Assembly (NCBI GenBank): GCA_051313645.2
Contig: JBNRSN020000019.1
Coordinates: 58,528,001 to 58,592,000 of the forward strand
DNA length: 64,000 nucleotides
DNA from: Centroscyllium fabricii
Taxonomy: Eukaryota
Reading direction: 5' to 3'
The position numbers were made by a program, and so were the translations under genes. Below the pieces are notes generated by a model. That model was not told the DNA's origin and made no database searches. It was given only the letters and a program-made list of their open reading frames with translations. Within the stretch, counting starts at the first letter, position 1. Each line of letters begins with the position of its first letter. Shown piece by piece: positions 47,377 through 57,200 of this stretch.

Positions 47377-50300
47377 TGTAAGGGATCGGTTTAGGACCCA
47401 AACGCAGAAACACCGGAAGTCCGTAAACAGACACAAAATACCTTTATTCCCAGAACAAAATCTATATATATATATATAACGATATGATAACCACAGTGTA
47501 ATAAACAATGAATGAATATAGTCAATCACAAAGAAAGCAATAGTCCAATGTCCCGAGAGCCGGTAAGCAGGAGTTCAATAATCCAAACCCTAAGTGTTGG
47601 TAGATTGAAGAACAAGGCCCAAAATCTGGTGCAGAAGTACTTCCAGTCCCAACTGTCCAGGGAAGATGGCTCCTGTTGTGAGCACAGCAAGTAATCCAAC
47701 TTGACCGAAACAGGTAGTCCAAAAGCAAACTCGAATAGAAACTTAACAGTAATATATATCAAATAATCAGGATGAAGAAAACAATAGAACACTCTTACTC
47801 TCACAGCACCAGAAACCAAAACGAACTGGCAATGAACAGGTGAAGACTGGAGGCTAATAACCCTCTCCAGCTAATTGTATAATAGGGGCTAACCAATCCA
47901 GAGAAGGACATGATAATTGGAGTCACGACTCAATAAGCTGAAAGGAACCCCTATGAACTTAAAGGGACAGTCCCAAAACCCTAAAGAAACCTCTATAAAC
48001 TAAAAGGGACAGTCCACCCCATGACAGAACCCCCCCCTCAAGGGGGCGACTCCTGATGTCCCAAAGCCTCAAATGCCGGATCAGGCGGGTAAAGAAGTGT
48101 GGAGGGGAACCAATAGTCCTCGAAACACTCTTCTATGTCTGTTCCATAATCGGACTGAGAAGAATCCTCCTCGTCGGCAGATTCCCACTCATCATCAGAT
48201 TCCTCCTCCTTGGTCAGGCTCTCCTGTAACTGAATGGCTCCGATGACTTGCCTAGATCTCTCAAGAGTCGAAGTCTCCTTGTCTGGCTGGTCGAGGTGGC
48301 TCGAATGGGAGTCGCTAATGGGTTGCGTCTCCCTTATATCTTGAGTAGGACACGAAAACCTCTCCGCTGGGTCATACTCCCTCTGCCCAACCTGTCTCTC
48401 TGGAGACCCAGAACGACTATAGTTGGCAGCAGGCGGGTCTTGGTCCATCGCGCGAAGACCAGAAATCTGAGCCCGTCTCAGACAGCCCTGGTGACAGGAA
48501 AGGTTCCAGCCCAGAATATCTCCGGTGTTCCAATCAATGTGCGGGTTGTGGCGACGAAGCCAAGCGTGTCCAAGAATCAACGGAATCTGTGGTGATCGTA
48601 AAATGTGGAACTGGATACTCTCCTGATGGTCTCCAGACATCAGCATCAGCACAGGTGAGGTCTGGTGTGTCACCGTTCCCAAAAGATGACCATCAAGGGC
48701 ATGGACAGGATACGACTGTGGTAGTGGCTCCTGGTCAATCCCCAGTTGCGTGACCAAATCCTCATCAATTATATTCATGTCCGCTCCAGAGTCAATACAT
48801 ATAATGATGCTCTGGGATCCCCTGGGGAGAAGAAATCTTGCTTGACACAAGGGTCGTGGGTTGGAAGAGAAACCATCAGGAGCTCGGCTCATCATAACGA
48901 CTCCATTGGTAGGTGAGTGCGGTCCCTTATACCTTGCTGGCCGAAACCCGGTGCGGCCCAGCTGCATAGGCTCAGGACCCCCTGGCTCTACCCCTGCTGC
49001 AACCGTCTCTCTGGATGGCCCGAATCTTCCTTGGTTGCGACCCCATTGCATTGATTCGGGGGCCACTCGCTCTGACCTAGCAGTCGCAGTCCCCCTGGGT
49101 GTCATGAATACCTCTGGAGTTTGACTTGGAGGATGTCGACCAGACCCTCCCAGACGTCTCTCACGTCGACGCGCCTGGATGCGAAGATCGATCCGGGTGG
49201 TCAGATAAATGAGTTCATCTAGGGTGAGAGGAAGGTCGTAGGAGACCAGGTCATCCTTGATATACTCGGACAGGCCATGAATAAACACCTCCCTTAAAGC
49301 GGCCTGATTCCACTCACTCCGACGAGCCCTGATACGAAAATCTATAGCGTAATTCGCCACCGTCCCGTCTCCCTGGCACAGACTCATGAGTCCCTGAGCT
49401 GCTTCAGAGTCGAATCTTACCCTGCCAAACACCCTTCTCAATTCAGTGGAGAACGCCTCAAAAGAAGAACAAGCCAGGGTATTTCTCTCCCACTCGGCGG
49501 TTCCCCAAAGCCGGGCCCTATCTGTCAGGTGATTAATTACAAAGGCTACCCTTGTCCTCTCATTGGCAAAGGTGTGGGGCTGTAACGAAAAAAGTATGGA
49601 GCAGCTGGTGAGAAAAGGCTCACACTGCTCGGGATCACCGGTATATCGCTCTGGTACCCCGACACGGGGTTCGAGTGCGGGAGCTATTAGTTGATGCATG
49701 GGTGCTAGCCCCCCCTCTGAATCCGTGTGTGGTGGAAGCGAGACCCCTGCCGACTCCGACGCTTCCCGCTGGTTCCAGACGGCAGTCAACCGCTCTATCT
49801 TGGAAATCACTTCCCCCAAGGCCAGACCTTGGTGTGCCAGGGCCCCCTCCACATGTATCAGACGTTTCAGTGCCTCTGCTGGGTCCATGGTGGCCAGTTC
49901 GTTCTGTAAGGGATCGGTTTAGGACCCAAACGCAGAAACACCGGAAGTCCGTAAACAGACACAAAATACCTTTATTCCCAGAACAAAATCTATATATATA
50001 TATATAACGATATGATAACCACAGTGTAATAAACAATGAATGAATATAGTCAATCACAAAGAAAGCAATAGTCCAATGTCCCGAGAGCCGGTAAGCAGGA
50101 GTTCAATAATCCAAACCCTAAGTGTTGGTAGATTGAAGAACAAGGCCCAAAATCTGGTGCAGAAGTACTTCCAGTCCCAACTGTCCAGGGAAGATGGCTC
50201 CTGTTGTGAGCACAGCAAGTAATCCAACTTGACCGAAACAGGTAGTCCAAAAGCAAACTCGAATAGAAACTTAACAGTAATATATATCAAATAATCAGGA

Positions 50301-50554
50301 TGAAGAAAACAATAGAACACTCTTACTCTCACAGCACCAGAAACCAAAATGAACTGGCAATGAACAGGTGAAGACTGGAGGCTAATAACCCTCTCCAGCT
50401 AATTGTATAATAGGGGCTAACCAATCCAGAGAAGGACATGATAATTGGAGTCACGACTCAATAAGCTGAAAGGAACCCCTATGAACTTAAAGGGACAGTC
50501 CCAAAACCCTAAAGAAACCTCTATAAACTAAAAGGGACAGTCCACCCCATGACA
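47377..50554 (-). mobile_element. Sushi/Tf1-group non-autonomous LTR element E; 650-bp LTRs (49905-50554 5', 47377-48026 3')
   Basis: Near-identical LTRs; 6-bp direct repeat GTGCAG flanks; PPT GAGGGGGGGG; self-priming-type PBS. Confidence 0.93.
48038..49888 (-). CDS. Gag-protease fusion (PEG10/RTL-like gag) with acidic tail; no RT or IN
   Basis: MDPAE start, PERYTGDPEQCEPFL, L-x-Q-G...V..YA..F, PEPMQLG, CIDSGA, ILGHAWLRRHNPHIDW; 616 aa open. Confidence 0.88.
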   Translation of the reverse strand: MDPAEALKRLIHVEGALAHQGLALGEVISKIERLTAVWNQREASESAGVSLPPHTDSEGGLAPMHQLIAPALEPRVGVPERYTGDPEQCEPFLTSCSILFSLQPHTFANERTRVAFVINHLTDRARLWGTAEWERNTLACSSFEAFSTELRRVFGRVRFDSEAAQGLMSLCQGDGTVANYAIDFRIRARRSEWNQAALREVFIHGLSEYIKDDLVSYDLPLTLDELIYLTTRIDLRIQARRRERRLGGSGRHPPSQTPEVFMTPRGTATARSERVAPESMQWGRNQGRFGPSRETVAAGVEPGGPEPMQLGRTGFRPARYKGPHSPTNGVVMMSRAPDGFSSNPRPLCQARFLLPRGSQSIIICIDSGADMNIIDEDLVTQLGIDQEPLPQSYPVHALDGHLLGTVTHQTSPVLMLMSGDHQESIQFHILRSPQIPLILGHAWLRRHNPHIDWNTGDILGWNLSCHQGCLRRAQISGLRAMDQDPPAANYSRSGSPERQVGQREYDPAERFSCPTQDIRETQPISDSHSSHLDQPDKETSTLERSRQVIGAIQLQESLTKEEESDDEWESADEEDSSQSDYGTDIEECFEDYWFPSTLLYPPDPAFEALGHQESPP

Positions 50555-50776
50555 GTGCAGAGCCATTATAACAAGGTTCCCACCTGTTTCGGGTGGGAGC
50601 CCTGGTCTCCCTTTTTGAGGCCTGTTTGAAAATCAAGTCAGGCGGGTCTCAGGTGTTTTTTCTCTAAATTTTCTTCTCCCTAAATCGCTTGATTTTTCAG
50701 TGTGAACAGTGCAGTAGGCAGATGAAAATTGCCCCTGAGAGTCCTCTTTGAGCTCAGCATTGCTTTAACATTAAGA

Positions 50777-51607
50777 GGGGTGATTTTCATTGACCCGTGG
50801 AGTGGTGATTGGAGGCGTGCAGGTGGTTAAAGTCCCGAATTCGGGGGTCCCGACACCATCTCGTACCCAACCCGCCTCCATGTCAGTTTCAAAGGAGGCA
50901 TGCACCTGCCCCGCACTGGGACCCACCTCCCCGAGGCGGGAAGGGATTAGTGCCAATTAACAGGCAGTTAACAGGCAGTTTTTAGCCTAATCCCTATTTT
51001 AAGCATTGAAGTGTGAGTTTCCCGATGGCTCCAAATCATGCCAAGTTAGAGGAGTCAGGCCGTCGGGTTGAAGGACTTGGAGGGGTCGAGATGTCAGTGT
51101 TCAGGTGAGTGATGTGTGCATGAGTGCAAAGGTAAGTGTGTTTGGTGTGTGTAAAGTGATTAAATAAGTTTAACATACCTTTTCTTACCTTTTTAGCCTT
51201 CCTTCCTTTAGGCTTCGGGAGTGCCTCATCCAACCAGCACAGAAAGCAGAATGGCTGCGATCTGTCAAAAGTGACAGCCTGCAGCTTTCTGTGCCGGTGA
51301 GATTTCTAACTGAGTCTGTGTAGAAGGACTCAGGTTAGAAGTAAGACTGTCAGTGTTTGACAGCTTCAAACAGCTGTGAAACGCTGATACTTCATCTGTC
51401 AAGACGTCTTGATAGACGCAATTTCAGTCTGTGACGTCACCTGTTGCCGGGTGGCCCTTAATTGGCCTGCTGAGCCCCGCTGGGTGGGCTCAACAAGGTC
51501 AATCAAGTTAAAATCACGTGGATTGGCCGCATCTCAATGGAGGCGGGACTACAAGCCTGAAAGTTGTAGTCCCGCCTCCTTCCCAACTTCTCAATGAAAA
51601 TCACCCC
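50777..51607. mobile_element. Harbinger-type MITE
   Basis: Perfect 17-bp TIR GGGGTGATTTTCATTGA / TCAATGAAAATCACCCC. Confidence 0.75.
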
Positions 51608-52035
51608 CTATAGGTTTCATATGGTTCCCAAATCTGCACTAAATACTGTAATGGAAATGCTTGGTAAGGAAATAGTCAAAGAAAGTTATTGGGTATCACT
51701 TCCACTCCACTACTTCTCACAGTGGGTGGATTTTCACTACCTCCACCTGGCACTAACCGGGCAGTAACGGCCTCAAAATAGGGTCAGTAGCCTTATCACC
51801 CCCTTAACCCTTGCGATGCATCTAACTCCATTTTTAAAGGGGTCTACCGCCAGGTGTACAAAGCCCTTAACTTGTTCAGGTGATAGGCCCCTTTTAATAT
51901 GGAAATTGGGGTCCTATGGCAGAAATAGGACTCTGATTGCCATTTTTGGTCGGAACTAGTTGGAGCCTGCCCAGTGCACTCTACAACCTCGAGCAATGAA
52001 TCCGAAGAGGCCCGCCAAAGGCGGGTGTTGAATTA

Positions 52036-52298
52036 GGGAGCTAAGCAGAGCCAGGCCTGGTTAGTACTTGGAAGGGTGACCACCAGGGAATACCAGGTGC
52101 AGAAGGTCACGAAAGGAGCCCCAGGGAGGGGCGGTTGGCTGAAGGTTGTCGGAATGATGGAAAGATGGAATGGCGGCGCGCACAGACGCAGCGGCTTTGC
52201 TGGACTCTTGGGAGCTTGCAAGATCACATTTCATTGTTCATGTACCTGTACATTGTATAATGACAATAAAGTTGAATTATTATTATTATTATTATTAT
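52036..52298 (+). mobile_element. 5S rRNA-derived SINE (SINE3-like), 5'-truncated, with LINE-type tail
   Basis: AGCTAAGCAG...GGCCTGGTTAGTACTTGGA...GGGAATACCAGGTGC matches the 5S internal control region; tail TGACAATAAAGTTGAA(TTA)n. Confidence 0.72.
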
Positions 52299-52535
52299 AA
52301 ACAGAAATTACTGGAAATACTCAGCAGGTCAGACAGCATCTATGGAGAGAGAAACAGAGTTAACGTTTCAGGCCGAAGACCTGAGTGTTGAATTATCTTT
52401 GGTGAAATATTATTGGGAAAACTATTTGGTGATAAGAAAAAGATTCTGATGAAGGGTTTCAACTCAAAACGTTAACGTGTCTTTTCTCTTTTTAGCTGCA
52501 GATGTGTGCATTGCCAGCTCTTTCAGTTTTTATTT
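52298..52535. mobile_element. Palindromic Penelope-derived repeat with decayed hammerhead-like core
   Basis: Inverted arms GAGTTAACGTTTCAGG / CAAAACGTTAAC; CTGATGA core at ~52446. Confidence 0.5.
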
Positions 52536-53446
52536 GAGAATTGTTCCGGGATGATGACTGAAAAGAGGGAAAAGCATCAGAGTTTAGACTGCAGGTTTGT
52601 ATTGTACTCTGTTGAGAGTCAGTGATATGAGAGGGAGAAGAAAAATCATTGGGAGAAATTTTCAATGTCACTGCCTGCGTGGTAACAGAGCGGATTGGGT
52701 GGCTCGTCTGATACAGAACCCGTCTGATTTCAACGGGACAAAAATTGGACGGTTCCTACAATGAGCGGGCAATCTGCTCTGCCAACTTAACACCCAGGTG
52801 GCAAAGTTGAAAATGATCCCCACAAAGTGCTATAAATATTAAGCTAGTATGGCACGTTGGAGCACCAATACAGGCACAAAATCCTTCTTTATATTTCTTC
52901 CTTTTTCAACCCATGCAGATCTAATTAACATCTCCTCCTGTCAGGTGGGTGGGCAGCTAACCTGGTCCCAAGTCTTTGCCAATGCCACCCTGCAGTTTCT
53001 ACGTGATATATAACAGCAGCAAGCAACAGACCTCCTTCCAATTTGCCCTTCTCATAGCAGCATGGCTGAGTTTAGCATTACAGCAGCATGAGGGAAATCA
53101 AATGGTGCCCAACCCAATTTGCTGTGTTCCTGCCCTGATGCTCCACCACTCATCGTCTTGCCACTTAGACCAAGCACACTTTAAAATGAAAGAAGTGATT
53201 TTAAGGATTGCATAAAAATGCGATGTCAGCATGTGGCAGCTCCTCTGTTCACACAAACTGATGTCCAAAGCAACACCAATCACAACTTCAGTTCCCTTTG
53301 TATTAATCACTTCCCTTCAGTACCACATAGTTTTCCATTCAGAAGCAAAATATTCACTGCTCCAACAAAAATAGGTTGGATGGATACATTACACAGAAGG
53401 TTTGCAAGGGCTGTGGGTACCTAATTACACTATTGGAAAACATTAG

Positions 53447-54184
53447 GGCCAATTTTAACTCTCGGCAGGAGTGGATGGGAATCCTGCACAGGAAGCCCCG
53501 ATTTTAACCTAGAGTAGGATTTAGGCAAGCGGGAGGGCTAGGGGCAAGGTGAGTGCCAACCCTCCCTCTTCCACCCCCCCACCCCCGCCCCCGCATCCCC
53601 CATGACCCCGGCAGCATGAGGCCCCGGCCTTTTAACTCACGATCCTTAACTACATTTCTTCTTTCTTTCTTTCTTACATGCCACCGGTCAGCTGCCTTCC
53701 CAAAACAGGCAGGAAGCGACAGCTGGCTAGCAGGCTGAAATGACACTTCAGGCGGGAGAAGGTTACCAGCCGGCACTAAAGGGAGGTTGGCTGAAACGCG
53801 GGAGGGTCTCGCTGGAGGGAAGGGGGAGCTGGGGCAGGGAGGCCTGAACTTTTCTTGTGGGGCCTGAAGGAGTGCGGCTGCTCATCCTGGTCCCACAAGA
53901 AAAGTAAAAATAAATGACCTTAAATGGCCTCATTAGGTGTCAGCTCCTCATCTCAGTGTCTTCACCTGCTGGAAAAGCCACAACAGCTTCCCTGCTCAGA
54001 CCACTGATTATTTAGAGAAGGATCCCCCTGGCGGTCCCTGATGGGTGTCCTTGCCACCTGCTCAGAAGGATAAAATCGCAGACAGCGGGATCCATGTGGG
54101 ACTAGGATGGGTAAGTCACCCAGCTGATTTTAACTGCCCATTTGCCTGGTTTTTGCCTTTGCGGGTAGAGTTAAAATGAATGCC
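53447..54184. mobile_element. Old Harbinger-type MITE
   Basis: Inverted termini ATTTTAACTCT / AGAGTTAAAAT. Confidence 0.5.
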
Positions 54185-54260
54185 ATGGTTTTGAATGCAA
54201 GTGGTCAGCTGTTCACCCATTTTAGTCAGCAGGTGGAGATGAACATCAGGCTGAGCAGAG

Positions 54261-57200
54261 TGTGGTAACCCTTATATGGGTAACCCTTATATGGGTTACC
54301 ATTGTTGTATACCTGTGTGCTAAGATGTTACTGGGAGCCAGGTCAGCCACACCCCGACTCCTCCCCCCAGGTGGGAGCACTATAAAGGTGTGGTCTGACC
54401 CAGCCCCTTTCATTCCTGTATGTAATCTGCTGAGGAGATACCTCCATTCTTTATTAATTAAAAGCCTAGTATTAACGGTAACTACGAGTCGTCTTTAATT
54501 AAGTTAGCGACCATGCTACAATTTTAATTAATAATTTTACAATGGAGAGCAGCACGGTAAGGCCTCGGGAGCTGGACATTAGCCCCCGGGATGCCGCGGC
54601 ACCGATCACCTTCAAGCTCTGGTTCAAAGTGCTAGAGGCCTATATGGCAGTCGCCAAGGCTGAAACGGATGCACAAAAACTGCAAGCACTGCTATCAAAC
54701 ATCTCCAGCAGGGTTTTCACCCTCATCAAGGACCATACAACATACGTGGAAATGGTGGTGACCCTCAAGAGGTACTACGTCTGGGCCGCGACCCAACAGG
54801 CACCACGGATTGAGAGCCCCACCATGGCCGCGACGGCCACCACGGACACTAAGCATAAACATTGCTATTTTTGCGGCAAAGGATTGCACCCCAGGGCAAA
54901 GTGTCCAGCCAAGACGGCGACCTGTGACAAATGCTCCAAAAAGGGACACTTCTCAAAGGTCTGCAGATCCAATCCAGCACCAAAAAGGTACAACAGAGCC
55001 TGTGAAATCAACCAGCAGGTAAGCTGCATTTGCAGTGAAATCCAGCGACGGCAAGCAGCCTGTGAAATCAACCAGCAGGTAAGCTGCACTTGCAGTGAAA
55101 TCCAGCGACGGCAAGCAGCCTGTGAAATCAACCAGCAGGTAAGCTGCATTTGCAGTACTACTCACCGACGGCAAGTGCCCCCTTCCCCCATCCTGATGCG
55201 ACCGGCCAAACGCGATACTACAACGCGGTCCGCTGCGTGCGAATCACGGGCGCCGCCAGCACGTTCACTGCGGTCCACTCCCATCCCGATGCGACCGGCC
55301 AAACGCGATACTACAACGCGGTCCGCTGCGTGCGAATCACGGGCGCCGCGGTCCGCTCCCATCCCGATGCGACCGGCCAAACGCGATACTACAACGCGGT
55401 CCGCTGCGTGCGAATCACGGGCGCCGCCAGCAGCACGTTCACTGCGGTCCGCTCCCATCCCGATGCGACCGGCCAAACGCGACCCTCCTACGCGGCCGGC
55501 TGCGTGCGAACCACGGGCGCCGCCAGCGCCTTCACCGCGGTTCGCTGCGAGCGGATCGTGGGCACCGCCAGCCCGCCAGCAAACTGAATCTTGTCTTCCC
55601 CCAGGTCCATCCATGTGCGAGCAAGGGGGGCGGCCATCTTGTCTTCCCCCAGGTCCCTCCATGTGCGATCAAGGGGGGCGGCCATCTTGTCTTCACCCAG
55701 GCCCCCCCATGTGCGAACCAGGGGGGCGGCCATTTTGTGGGGGGCGGCCATTTTGTGGGGGGCGGCCATTTTGTCAGGTCCCCTCCACGTGCGAGCCAGG
55801 GGGGCGGCCATTTTGTATACAGGGCCCCTCCATGTGCGAGCCAGGGGGGCGGCCATTTTGTTTTCAGGGCCCCTCCATGTGCGAGCCAGGGGGGCGGCCA
55901 TTTTGTCAGGTCCCCTCCACGTGCGAGCCAGGGGGGTGGCCATTTTGTTTTCAGGGCCCCTCCATGTGCAAACCAGGGGGGCGCCCATTTTGTGCGCAGC
56001 TCCCTTCAGCAGGGGCTGCGGCGACCGGACCTACAGTTAGCCAGGACAAGCCCCACACCCTGTCTAACTCCATAAGGCCAATCAAGATCAACGATCACAC
56101 GGTCAACTGCCTTTTTGACACGGGCAGCACCGAGAGCTTTATCCACCCTAATACAGTGCGGCGCTTCGGACTGCAGGTCCTGCCCACTAACTACCAAGTC
56201 TCATTAGCTTCACAGTCCCACACCGCGGACGTCACCGGCTACTGCTCCGTCATGCTCACCGTCCAGGGACGCGTGTACCGTAATTTTAAATTGTATACCC
56301 TCCAGCAGTTGTGTGCCCCAGCCTTACTAGGTCTGGACTTCCAGTGCCACTTCAGGAGTGTGACAATGGAGTTCGGCGGGACCCTTCCCCCACTCACCCT
56401 CAGTAGCCGGGACAACCCCCTCCCAAAACGGACCCCGGCCTGCGGCCTCTCCACCCTGAAAATCGATCCCCCCTCGCTGTTCGCCAACCTCGATCCGAAG
56501 TGCAAACCTATCGCCACTAAGAGTCGGCGGTACAGCGAGGGGGACCGCACGTTTATCAGGTCGGAGGTCGGGCGGATGCTAAAGGAGGGGATTATTGAAG
56601 CCAGCACCAGCCCCTGGCGCGCCCAAGTTGTAGTGGTGAAGTCTGGCGACAAACACCGGCTGGTTATCGATTACAGCCAGACTATCAACCGCTACACCGG
56701 GCTCGACGCCTACCCCCTTCCCCGCATCTCGGAAATGGTCAATCAGATCGCCCAGTACAAGGTGTTCTCCACGATCGACCTTAAATCGGCGTATCACCAG
56801 CTCCCGATTCGGAAAGCTGACCGCCCCTACACCACCTTCGAGGCGAACGGTCGGCTCTATCACTTCCTCCGGGTCCCCTTTGGCGTGACCAACGGAGTGT
56901 CAGTGTTCCAGCGGGAGATGGACCGTATGGTTGATCAAAATGACTTGCAGGCCACCTTCCCTTACCTGGACAACGTGACCATCTGCGGCCACGACCAGCA
57001 GGACCACGATGCCAATCTGGCTAAATTCCTCGACACGGCGGCTAAGCTGGACCTTACGTATAACAAAGACAAATGTGTCTTTAATACAGACCGGCTCGCC
57101 ATCCTCGGATACGTGGTGGAGAACGGGGTCCTCGGCCCCGACCCACAGCGTATGCGACCCCTGCTAGAACTGCCCTTACCTAACAACCCCAAAGCCTTGA

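Noticed and set aside
52039-52100. 5S rRNA gene
   Set aside because: Partial and diverged, and fused to a LINE-type tail, so it is a SINE or pseudogene
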